Origin: Dictyostelium discoideum
Lineage: Eukaryota
Reading direction: 5' to 3'
Length of the DNA stretch: 64,000 nt
NCBI GenBank assembly: GCA_000004695.1
Contig: CM000154.2
Location: 4,544,001-4,608,000, forward strand
The position numbers were made by a program, and so were the translations under genes. Positions 1-12,100 of the stretch are shown here, in pieces; the first letter of the stretch is position 1, and the number at the start of each line of letters is the position of its first letter. The notes under the pieces were generated by a model, which was given only the letters and a program-made list of their open reading frames with translations, did no database searches and had not been told where the DNA came from.

Positions 1-3000
1 AATCCAAATTATCAAGTTGAAATCGAATATACATGGAGTGATATTTCACCTGCATTCATAGCAGATGCAAAGAATAAAATCAATAAAATCATTAATGATG
101 CTGCTATAACAAATGGATTAAATGTTATTTATCGTTCATTAACAATCGATGAATCATTGCTTGAAAATCAAGCAATTAAACCATCATATTATGATTTCGT
201 TATAATGTCAAATGTTCTTCATGTTGTTAAAAATATTAAACAAGCTGTAGAACAAATGTATCAATTGTTAACACCGAATGGTCAATTGCTATTTATAGAA
301 CCACCTTATAAATCAGTTCTAATCGATTCAATCATTGGTTCATTTGAACAATGGTGGTCATTCACTGATACTGATATTAGAAAAGATAGATGTGGTATGT
401 CTCAACAAAGTTGGTATCAATTATTAAAGACATGTAATTTTAAAGACATTTTAATGTCAAAAGAATGCATCTTTGTTGGGTCAGTAATACATGCACAAAA
501 ACCACCAATTTCTTTATTGAATTCTCAACCAAAACATGATAATATAATTATATATGGTGGTGGTGGTAATTTAAGTTTTGTAGAAAACATCAAATTAGAT
601 TCAAATTCAAAAAGTTTAATTCAAATTGAAACTATTCAAGAATTTAATCAATTATTAAGTCAATCAACAATTACAAATGATTCAATAATTTATTTCATAA
701 AAACATTAGAAACATTATCATTGGATAATTATAAACAAATAACTCTTGAATATATTGAAATCAATCAAAGACTATTACAAATCAATAGTTTATGTAAACA
801 TGTATTAATTGTTAGTGATTCAAGAAAAACTAACTATTTAGCATCATCAGTTGTTGGTGCTGCAAGATACTTTGATGAATTCCAACAATTGAAATTACAC
901 ACATTAGATTTTGATTATGATTCAACTCAAAATTATATAAATTCAAAAAATAACAAAATGGTTCAATTCATTAATATCTTGGTGGACTCCAAAACAAATG
1001 TTCATAAAGAAATGATTATAATTAATAACAAAGTATATTATGAAATAGTTCAAAAAGAGAAAAATCTAAAACTAAAATACAATTCAGAATCTTTTGAAAA
1101 TCAAAATAATTTAATGTGTTCATTATCACCAAATTTAGAATATCAATTACAATCAAAACAAATTAAATTAAGAGATAATCAAGTTGAAGTTAAAACAATT
1201 GCAACTGGTATCAATTATAAAGATTATTTAAATTTTAGCGGTTCAAATAATAATAATGGTGATGACAATACAGGTTTACCACAATTTGGATATGAATTTT
1301 CAGGTATTATAACAAGAGTTGGTAATAATGTAAAAGATTATAAAGTTGGTGATAATGTATTTGGTTTATCAAATTCTTGTACATCATCCCACATTGTTAC
1401 AAATTTTAAAAATATTCAATTAAAACCTTCAAACATAAGTCATAACGAAGCATCATCAATTCCAATTGATTATTTAACATCATTTATGAGTTTATTTAAT
1501 GTTGGTAGTTTAAATATTGAAGATAATGAATCAATTCTAATTCATTTAGGTAGTGATAGTTTTGGATTATCAACATTTGAAATATTAAAATGGAAAGGTT
1601 TTAAATCAAATTTATTCGTTACAGTTGATTTGGACGAAACTAAACAATATCTTCTAGATAGATATGGTGATTTTATTACTGGAATTTATTCAAACACAGA
1701 TAAAAGTTATGTTACAGAAATAAAAAACGAATTAATTAAATTAGGTTCAAAAAAGAAAGGAGTAGATTTAATATTAAATACATTACCAAGTGATTTTATG
1801 GATTCAAATTTCGAGTTATTAACAAAGAGTGGTAGAATAATTGATTTAACTTCAAATCATTTAAATCAAAGTGAATTTTTAAAAAATATCAATTTTAAAT
1901 ATAACCATGGTTACCACAACTTTCAGTTATCATTAATTCAAAAAAATAAAATACAAAAATGTTTATATGAAATTTCACATGCTATTGAAAATGGAGAATT
2001 AAAAACTATTCCAATTAAAGAATTTACAAATTTAAATATTAAAGATGCCATCAAATACATTACCAACGGTAACATTGAAAAAATTACAGTTAGTCATGAT
2101 CATGAAATTTATAGTGATATTATTTATAGATCTTTAGATGAAAAAGAGTTTTCAATATTAAAATCAAATTATCAAATTAATTCAAATAATTTAGGTAAAA
2201 ACATATTAATTACAGGTCAATCAGGTATTATTTTAGAAATATTAAAATGGATCATTAAATATTCAAATATTAACACAATTGAAAATGTTATTATTCTTTC
2301 AAGATCATCATTAAAATGGGAATTAGAATTATTAATTAATCAAACTAAACTATCAAATAATAATATTAAATTTCATTTCAAGAGTGTTGATGTCGGTGAT
2401 AGTGAACAAGTTGATAATGCAATCAATGAAATATTAAATGAAAATCAACAAATTACAAATATTGATTCAATATACCATTTTGCATTTCAACAAATTACAT
2501 GTAAAGTTCAAGAAATCAATATGAAACATTTAGATATTTCACATGGAGCAAAATCAATGGGTGCAGTTAATTTACATAATCAATCAATTAAACGTAATTG
2601 GAAATTAATTAATTTTGTTATGGCTTCTTCTGCACTTTCATTAATAGGTTCAACAGATCAATGTACATATGCCTGTGCAAACCTATTATTAGATTCATTT
2701 TCAAAATACAGAGAATCACTTGGATTACCATCTGCTTGTATTAACCTTGGGTCAATTGAATCAACTGGTTTCGTTTCAAAGAATGAATCAATTTCAGAAT
2801 TTACAGATGGCATTGGTTACGTTCCAACACCTATCAATCTAGTTTTAGGTCTTTTAGATTTACAAATTCAAAATGCAGGTAAATTTACGAATTCAATGCT
2901 TTCAAATTTAATATCATCAAAATTTAAAAATATTCAACAAACATCATTATTTCTAAAATTTGATTACTTGATGAATTTAAATGACAACAGTGAACAAACT

Positions 3001-3267
3001 AAAAAAGAGAATATTGGAAATAAAAACATTGATGAATTATTCATTGAGAAAGTTTCAGAATTATTTTCAACGGATCAATCAAGAATAAATAAAAATCTTA
3101 GATTAATTGATTATGGCGCAGATTCATTAATAATAGTTCAATTAAAGAATTGGATAGATAAAGAAATTGGTATAAATTTAATAACAATTAAACAACTTCA
3201 AAACAATACAATTAATATTTCAATCAAAATGATATTAAATTCATTAATGAAAAATAATCAAATATAG
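1..3267 (+). CDS. Type I polyketide synthase, copy A. 3' part only; the 5' end lies outside the window. Domains present: C-terminal MT, ER, KR and ACP.
   Basis: A continuous 1036-aa ORF. It is ~97% identical at nucleotide level to positions 10465..13735 of the downstream PKS. It has the MT C-terminal region, the ER motifs ([25 protein letters not shown]), the KR Rossmann motif ([14 protein letters not shown]) and the ACP motif ([12 protein letters not shown]). It ends at a TAG created by a 1-bp deletion relative to copy B (aatcaaatatag vs aatcaaaatatag). The reductase domain is deleted. Confidence 0.85.
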   Translation, partial: NPNYQVEIEYTWSDISPAFIADAKNKINKIINDAAITNGLNVIYRSLTIDESLLENQAIKPSYYDFVIMSNVLHVVKNIKQAVEQMYQLLTPNGQLLFIEPPYKSVLIDSIIGSFEQWWSFTDTDIRKDRCGMSQQSWYQLLKTCNFKDILMSKECIFVGSVIHAQKPPISLLNSQPKHDNIIIYGGGGNLSFVENIKLDSNSKSLIQIETIQEFNQLLSQSTITNDSIIYFIKTLETLSLDNYKQITLEYIEINQRLLQINSLCKHVLIVSDSRKTNYLASSVVGAARYFDEFQQLKLHTLDFDYDSTQNYINSKNNKMVQFINILVDSKTNVHKEMIIINNKVYYEIVQKEKNLKLKYNSESFENQNNLMCSLSPNLEYQLQSKQIKLRDNQVEVKTIATGINYKDYLNFSGSNNNNGDDNTGLPQFGYEFSGIITRVGNNVKDYKVGDNVFGLSNSCTSSHIVTNFKNIQLKPSNISHNEASSIPIDYLTSFMSLFNVGSLNIEDNESILIHLGSDSFGLSTFEILKWKGFKSNLFVTVDLDETKQYLLDRYGDFITGIYSNTDKSYVTEIKNELIKLGSKKKGVDLILNTLPSDFMDSNFELLTKSGRIIDLTSNHLNQSEFLKNINFKYNHGYHNFQLSLIQKNKIQKCLYEISHAIENGELKTIPIKEFTNLNIKDAIKYITNGNIEKITVSHDHEIYSDIIYRSLDEKEFSILKSNYQINSNNLGKNILITGQSGIILEILKWIIKYSNINTIENVIILSRSSLKWELELLINQTKLSNNNIKFHFKSVDVGDSEQVDNAINEILNENQQITNIDSIYHFAFQQITCKVQEINMKHLDISHGAKSMGAVNLHNQSIKRNWKLINFVMASSALSLIGSTDQCTYACANLLLDSFSKYRESLGLPSACINLGSIESTGFVSKNESISEFTDGIGYVPTPINLVLGLLDLQIQNAGKFTNSMLSNLISSKFKNIQQTSLFLKFDYLMNLNDNSEQTKKENIGNKNIDELFIEKVSELFSTDQSRINKNLRLIDYGADSLIIVQLKNWIDKEIGINLITIKQLQNNTINISIKMILNSLMKNNQI

Positions 3268-3639
3268 ATGACAATAATAATACATACAATAGATATTAAC
3301 CCAATGAAAATCAAAACATTACTAGAATTATCAACAGATAATGGGTGATCTTGAAATTTTTTATTTAAATAAGATTCAAATTTTACTTTGCGTTTTTTTT
3401 ATTTAATATTTTTAGATTTGGGTAGTTTTGGACATTATAAAATAAAAAATCTAAATCTAAATAAAATAAAAAATACAAATCTAAATTATTCTTTTTTATA
3501 AAAAAAAAAAAAAAAAAAAAAGTCAAATCAACATAAAAACATCTTCAGACATTATTTTTAAAATTGAATTTATAAAAAAAATTTTATTTATAAAAATAAA
3601 ATTTTTTCTCAATTAATATAGATATTTCAAAACTAAATT

Positions 3640-5095
3640 ATGAATAATTTTAAAAAATATAAATTTAATAGATAAAGGTGTTGCAATTGTTGGGGTGGGG
3701 TTCAGAATTCCTTCTGGTAATTATGAAAATTCAATTAGTTCACCAGATTATTAAATTTAATAATTTAAAGAATGGTTTTGATGGTGTTAGTAGTACATCA
3801 GAAAGATGGAGTGACAATTTTCATAAATTAGGTGAAATTAGTAGTCCAAATGCAGGTTTATTACCATTTAATGAATGCAAATCATTCGATCCATTATTTT
3901 TTGGTATTAATCCATCCGATGCTCATCAGATTGATCCTCAACAAAGATTATTATTAAAATGTACATGGGAAGTATTAGAAGATGCATCTATTGATCCAAT
4001 TTCAATTCGTGGTACAAATACTTCAGTTTTCATTGGTTCTTCAACTATCGATTATCAACTGTTTCGATTTTAATGGTCCATCATTTTCAATGCATGTTCA
4101 TCATCATTAAATGTTGTTTAATGTTTAAATATCAATGCTTTTTACCAAATATTCATTTCAAAAATCCAAATCCATTAATTAAATTCAATGAATGGAATTT
4201 AAAAGTTGTAACATCACCAATTCCATTCAACAAAAGAAATAATGAATTACCAGTTTCAATGATGATTAATAACTTTGGTTTAACAGGTTCAAATTGTTGT
4301 TTACTTTTAACAGAATATAAAAAACAAGATTATGAATCATATGAAACTATCTACAAAAATGATAATAGTAAAAATATATTAATACCATTTTCAGCAAATT
4401 CAACAAATTCATTAAATCAATACCAATCAAAATTTAAAAATATAAATAATAATCAATTCAATTTTATTGATTTTACCGCAAATCAAATTTATTCAAAATC
4501 AAATTATCTTTATCAAAGATCGGTTGTAATCGCAAGTAATTCAAATGAACTTTTTGAAAAAATTTTAAATAAAAAACAAATTCGAAATAAAAATTCAATC
4601 ATCTCAAATATGTCATTCAAAGGAAAGAATCCAATTACAATTTTTGTTTTTTCAGGTCAAGGATCACAATATCCTAAAATGGCTTTAGAATTATATAATA
4701 ATGAAGTAATCTTTAAAAAATCAATTGATTTAATCGATTCAAAATTATCAAAGTACTATGGTTATTCAGTATGGGAGAAGGTAAAAAAAATCAAAGATTA
4801 TGATACTACTTCCATTCATGATCCAACTATTGTACAACCAGCAGTGTGTATGTTTTCAGTATCATTATTTGAATTGTATTGCCATTGGGGAGTAAATCCA
4901 TCATTTATTCTTGGTCATAGTATTGGTGAAATTTCAACATTATATTGTTCTGGAATAATCGATTTAGATACATTTTATCACAGATCAATAGCACAAACTA
5001 AAACACACTGTAATGGTGGGCATCCACTGATATTGATATTAGGAAAAATAGATGTAGTATGTCTCAACAAAGTTGGTATCAATTATTAAATAACA
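3640..5095 (+). pseudogene. Mosaic PKS pseudogene fragment. It joins a KS N-terminus, a KS C-terminus/AT piece and an MT piece, with large internal deletions.
   Basis: 3640..4060 matches 6105..6540 of PKS-B, including the promoter-proximal sequence, but the ATG context is destroyed (atgaataattttaaaaaatataaatttaatagataa gives an immediate stop). Position 4060 jumps to the equivalent of ~6600 and then ~7305, so the KS active-site Cys (DTACSSSL) and His motifs are missing. 4110..5040 matches 7305..8200 (AT domain, GHSIGEISTLYCSG). 5040..5095 matches the MT region at 10845..10920. The ORF track shows the pieces in different frames (3678..4073 and 4073..5089). Confidence 0.8.
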
Positions 5096-5766
5096 GTAAT
5101 TATAAAGACATTGCAATGTGCATGCTAAAATTAAAAAGATTCCTTTATTGTATCCAAAAAATAAAAGTGAAAAAAAAAAAAAAAAGAATGGTTTAAAAAA
5201 AAAAAAAAAAGGGTTAAAAATATAATAAATTAATTTTTAATAAATGTTGAGAGAAAGTATTTAAATTTTTTTTTTATTTTATTTTTTATTTTTTTTTTTT
5301 TTCCTATTCTCTGGGATTATAATCTGAAAAAGGGTTTTTTTTTTTTAAACAAATATGGGCTTACTAATAATTTAAATTGGTAAAAAAAAACAGAAAGGAT
5401 GATATATACAAAAAAAAAAATATTTTTTGTCCTTGAATATAATTTTTTCAAATATTATATCATTGTTGTTTTATAATTAATTTGAATTTGTATAATTTTA
5501 TGAATTTTATCTGGTGTGAATCTGCAAAAAATTTTATATTTTTTTTTATTTTTTTATCTGGTGGAAATCTACAAAAAAAACAACAATAAATCTATAGATT
5601 TAAAAAATTAAAAAATCGTCATTATTTTTTTTTTTGGTATGGCTTTCTCTAAACGAATCCCCACGAAAAAAAATTATAAACTTCTAATTTTCTAAGGCCA
5701 CAGTGCTGCACAAAATTACTTTTCACTTTATAGTGCTGAAATTTTTACATCCAACCCCCAAAATTT

Positions 5767-5803
<37 letters not shown>

Positions 5804-6114
5804 CATATGTACAAAAAAATAAATAAAAATAAATAATTTAACAACAAAATGAACACAAAAACAAAATACATTTCTTCAAGTATTATTTTTAAAATAAATC
5901 AAATGTGCTGTTAGTTAATCTCCTGAATAAAAATTTTTTATAAATTTTACCACATAAAGCCTTTAAAAAAAGTTTGTGTTTAATAATTTTAATTAATAAA
6001 ATCATGTAAATAATGAAAGTTTTTTAAAAAAAATATAAATTTAAAACAACAATATTTAATTTTAATAAAAAATTTTCTTCACTAATTTTGATATTTCAAA
6101 ACTACTAAATACCT

Positions 6115-9100
6115 ATGGGTAATTTAAAAAATATAAATTTAAAAGAGAAAGGAGTTGCAATTGTTGGTATTGGATTTAGAATTCCTTCTGGTAATAATGA
6201 AAATTCAATTAGTTCACCAGATGATTTATTTAATAATTTAAAGAATGGTTTTGATGGTGTTAGTAGTACATCAGAAAGATGGAGTGACAATTTTCATAAA
6301 TTAGGTGAAATTAGTAGTCCAAATGCAGGTTTATTACCATTTAAAGAATGGAAATCATTCGACCCATTATTTTTTGGTATTAATCCATCTGAAGCTCCAT
6401 TAATCGATCCTCAACAAAGATTATTATTAAAATGTACATGGGAAGCATTAGAAGATGCATCTATTGATCCAATTTCAATTCGTGGTACAAATACTTCAGT
6501 TTTCATTGGTTCTTCAACTATTGATTATTTACATACAAATAAACATCAAGACTCAGTTTTAAAGAATGCAATAGCACAATCAACCAGTGCGATTTCAAAT
6601 AGAATTTCATACTGTTTCGATTTTAATGGTCCATCACTATCAATTGATACTGCATGTTCATCATCATTAAATGCAGTTTCTCAAGGTTATCATTCAATAT
6701 TAAATGGTACTTCCAATATGTCAATTGTTGGTGGTGTAAATTTAATATTAGGTAAGGATTATTATTTTTTTTTTAAAATTAAAAATACACTTATTAATTA
6801 AAATTTATTTTTATTAGATGTTGATATTATAAAAGCATATTCGATTTTAAGCATGTTAAGTAAAACACATGGTAAATGTAAAACATTTGATGAAAGTGGC
6901 GATGGTTTTACACGTGGTGAATGTGTCGGTGTTGTAGTTTTAAAGAATTTACAAGATGCAGTAAAAGATGGTAATAGAATTTATTGTGTAATTAATGGTT
7001 CAAGTTCAAATGTTGATGGTAATGGTAATATGGATAAAGTTAACTTTTATTCACCATCAAAACAATCACAATTTAATAATATTAATTCAGCATTTAAGTC
7101 AACAAATGACAAACTCTCGATTAATGATATTCAATATATCGAAGCACATGGTACCGGTACTAAAACAGGCGATCCAATTGAAACTGAAGCAATTTCAATG
7201 GCTTTTAAAAATAGAGATAAATCAACACCAATTCTAATTGGTTCAATTAAAAGTAATATTGGTCATTGTGAAGCTGGTTCAGGTGTTGCATCATTAATCA
7301 AATGTTGTTTAATGTTTAAATATCAATGCTTTTTACCAAATATTCATTTCAAAAATCCAAATCCATTAATTAAATTCAATGAATGGAATTTAAAAGTTGT
7401 AACCTCACCAATTCCATTCAACAAAAGAAATAATGAAAAACCAGTTTCAATGATGATTAATAACTTTGGTGTAACAGGTTCAAATTGTTGTTTACTTATT
7501 TCAGAATTTAAAAATAACAATAACTTTAAAGAGAATATTAATTTAGAATCTCAAAGTGTTAATGATAGAGTGTTAATACCATTCTCAGCAAATTCATCAA
7601 ATTCATTAAATCAATACCAATCAAAATTTAAAAATATAATTAATAATCAATTCAATTTTATTGATTTTACCGCAAATCAAATTTATTCAAAATCAAATTT
7701 TCTTTATCAAAGATCAGTTGTAATTGCAAGTAATTCAAATGAACTTTTTGAAAATATCTCAAATAAAAAACAAATTCAAACTAAAAATTCAATCATCTCA
7801 AATATGTCATTCAAAGGAAAGAACCCAATTACAATTTTTGTTTTTTCAGGTCAAGGATCACAATATCCTAAAATGGCTTTAGAATTATATAATAATGAAG
7901 TAATCTTTAAAAAGTCAATTGATTTAATCGATTCAAAATTATCAAAGTACTATGGTTTTTCAGTATGGGAGAAGGTAAAAACAATCAAAGATGATGACTT
8001 AACCTCAATACATGATCCAATTTTTGCCCAACCAGCACTATGTATGATTTCAGTATCACTATTTGAATTATATTACCATTGGGGAGTAAATCCATCATTT
8101 ATTCTTGGTCATAGTCTTGGTGAAATTTCAGCATCATATTGTTCTGGAATGATTGATTTAGATACATTCTGTTATACAGTTTATCAAAGATCAATAGCAC
8201 AATCTAAAACAAATGGTTGTGGTAGAATGTTATCAATTAATATCAGTGATGAAGAATTTAAATCAATGTATTCTCAAAAGTATCCACAAATTGAAATCGC
8301 ATGTTATAATTCACCTCAATCAATTGTTGTGGCAGGTAATGAATCAATATTAAATGAAATTTCAAAAGAATTAAAAGAAAAAGAAATTTTCACCACAATG
8401 TTAGGTTCATTATCATCATTCCATACAAGTAGCCAACAATGTACAAAAGATAGTATATTACAACTAAACATTGAAAGTAATCAACCAAAAGTACCAATAT
8501 TTTCAACAGTTACAACAAATTTATTTAATGAATCAAATCGATTTAATTCACAATATGTTTATGATAATATTATCAAACCAGTTAAATTCACACAAACAAT
8601 TTCAAATATTTATAAACATATCGAATCAAATCAATTAAATAATGAAATTGTATTCATTGAAATTGCACCACATCCAACATTATTATTTTATATTAAACAA
8701 ATGGTACCATCAAGTTTAAATGAATCAGTTTCAGTTTATTCAGCACTTCATAAGAAAAAGAATGATGTCGAAGAGTTTCAACAAACCATTTCAAATTTAT
8801 ATTGTCAAAATGGATATAATATTAATTTTAAATGTCAATTTAATAATAAAAAATCAAATCAATCAATAAATTTACCACTTTACCAATGGGATGAAGAATT
8901 ATATTTCACTCAAGCCCAAACTCTCGAACAACATAGAAAAGAAGGACCACCAATTGACCATCTTGGTACATCAAACTCTTATAATTCACCATTTAATAAT
9001 TCATATAGAACATCAATCGATATAAAGAATAAACCATTTCTATATCTTAAAGGCCATATGGTTAAAGGTAAATACTACTTCCCAGGTTGTGGTTATATTG

Positions 9101-12100
9101 ATAATATTATTCAACTTTATAAAAATCAAGATATTTTTATTAGTTTTATTGAATTTAAAACACCATTAATTTTAATTGAAGGTATCAATCAATATTTACA
9201 AACAAACATTCAACAAACTGGTAAAAGTGAATATCGTGCACAATTTCATTTCAAAGATCAAAAATCAAATGAATGGATTCAATCATCAAATGCAAATTTC
9301 CAATTATTAGATCATGGTAATGATATACCACCAAAGTATAATATTAAAGAAATTATTGAAAACAAATGTAATTTAAGCAAATTAACAAAGAATGAACTTT
9401 ATACACATATAAAATCAAAAACTGGTTTAAATTATACTGGAGTTTTTCAAGGTGTTACTGAATGTTATATAGGTGGTGATTGTACATTATCAGTTGTATC
9501 TTTAGAATCTCAAACAAACTCATTTTTAAATATACCAATATTAGATACTTGTTTACATGGAATGATAGGATTGTCAAATGATCAATGTCAAATTGTATTT
9601 GATAAAGCTATTGGATTTAAATATTATTCATCAAACATACCAGCAAATTTAAAAGATTATAAAGATAGTGTTTATGTTTATTCCCATTTAAAATCAAAAA
9701 GTGTTGATTCATTCTTTGGATCTATAATAGTAATGTTATCAGATGGTTCAGTTTTATATGAAATTGAAGAAGTTGTTTGTAAATCATTAATTCCAATCAA
9801 AGATTCACTTAAAATTGAGTATCCTAATGATGAATTATACAAAGTTCATTTACAATCAAAAGATTCTCCAATTCCAACACCATCATCATTCAAATCAATT
9901 ATTTATGAAAATGATTTCTTCCATTCTGCACTTAATATTCCAGAAGATTTATTCAAATATATTTCAACATTATTTTATAAAGATATTATAAAAAGATGTC
10001 CAGAAATTAATATCAATAAAATTAATTCTCATAGTGTTAATGAAATTATTTCAAGTTTCAGTAAAATTTCAAAACACGAAAGATTATTTAGATTTGTATT
10101 TGAAACAATAAAAGAGAATGGTATTCTTAATAGTTTGGAAGAAAATGATGATGCTTATTTCGAATTTAATGAAGTAATTATCAAATCGTCAAGAATTATT
10201 TCAAAATTATTATTCCCACTAGAAAGTGATAATGATAATGAAGATTTACCTCAATCATTATTTCAAAATGGTTTAATGGATAAAATTTATAAATGCAGAT
10301 ATTTAAGAAAGAAGAATCAAATGATTTCACATGTTATTAAACATTCAATTAAAGAGATTATTAATAATAATATTATAATTAGAATTTTAGAATTTGGAGG
10401 AGGTACTGCATCATTATCAGTTGAAGTTATTGAAGAAATAATTGCATTACTTCAAGAGAATCCAAATTATCAAGTTGAAATCGAATATACATGGAGTGAT
10501 ATTTCACCTGCATTCATAGCAGATGCAAAGAATAAAATCAATAAAATCATTAATGATGCTGCTATAACAAATGGATTTAATGTTATTTATCGTCCATTAA
10601 AAATTGATGAATCATTGATAGAAACTCAATCAATTAATCCATCATATTATGATTTCGTTATAATGTCAAATGTTCTTCATGTTGTTAAAAATATTAAACA
10701 AGCTGTAGAACAAATGTATCAATTGTTGACTCCAAATGGTCAATTACTATTTTTAGAGCCACCTTATAAATCAGTTCTAAATGATTCAATAGTTGGTTCA
10801 TTTGAACAATGGTGGTCATTCACTGATACTGATATTAGAAAAGATAGATGTAGTATGTCTCAACAAAGTTGGTGTCAATTATTAAAGACATGTAATTTTA
10901 AAGACATTGCAATGTCTAAAGAATGCATCTTTGTTGGTATTGTAATACATGCACAAAAACCACCAATTTCTTTATTGAATTCTCAACCAAAACGTGATAA
11001 TATAATTATATATGGTGGTGGTAATCCAATTTTTGTAGAAAACATCAAATTATATTCAAATTCAAAAAGTTTAATTCAAATTGAAACTATTCAAGAATTT
11101 AATCAATTATTAAGTCAATCAACAATAACAAACGATTCAATCATTTATTTCATAAAAACATTAGAAACATTATCATTGGATAATTTTAAACAAATAACTC
11201 TTGAATATATTGAAATCAATCGAAAATTATTACAAATCAATAGTTTATGTAAACATGTATTAATTGTTAGTGATTCAAGAAAAACTAACTATTTAGCATC
11301 ATCAGTTGTTGGTGCAGCAAGATACTTTGATGAATTCCAACAATTGAAACTAAATACTTTAGATTTTGATTATGATTCAACTCAAAATTATATAAATTCA
11401 AATAATAAAGATATGGTTCAATTCATTAATATCTTGACAGATTCCAAAACAAATGTTCATAAAGAAATGATTATAATTAATAATAAAGTATATTATGAAA
11501 TAGTTCAAAAAGAGAAAAATCTAAAATTAAAATACAATTCAGAATCTTTTGAAAATCAAAATAATTTAATGTGTTCATTATCACCAAATTTAGAATATCA
11601 ATTACAATCAAAACAAATTAAATTAAGAGATAATCAAGTTGAAGTTAAAACAATTGCAACTGGTATCAATTATAAAGATTATTTAAATTTTAGTGGTTCA
11701 AATAGCAACGGTGATGACAATACAGGTTTACCACAATTTGGATATGAATTTTCAGGTATTATAACAAGAGTTGGTAATAATGTAAAAGATTATAAAGTTG
11801 GTGATAATGTATTTGGTTTATCAAATTCTTGTACATCATCTCACATTGTTACAAATTATAAAAAAATTCAAATAAAACCTTCAAACCTAAGTCATAACGA
11901 AGCATCATCAATTCCAATTGATTATTTAACATCATTTATGAGTTTATTTAATATTGGTAGTTTAAATATTGAAGATAATGAATCAATTTTAATTCATTTA
12001 GGTAGTGATGGTTTTGGATTATCAACATTTGAAATATTAAAATGGAAAGGTTTTAATTCAAATTTATTCGTTACAGTAAATTCATATGAAACTAAACGAT

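Noticed and set aside
6995-7237. Short ORFs overlapping the PKS genes, at 6105..6290 (-), 6995..7237 (+), 13032..13289 (-) and 13070..13285 (-)
   Set aside because: They lie in off-frame or antisense positions inside a well-supported 2900-aa PKS reading frame, and their composition follows that of the overlapping codons.
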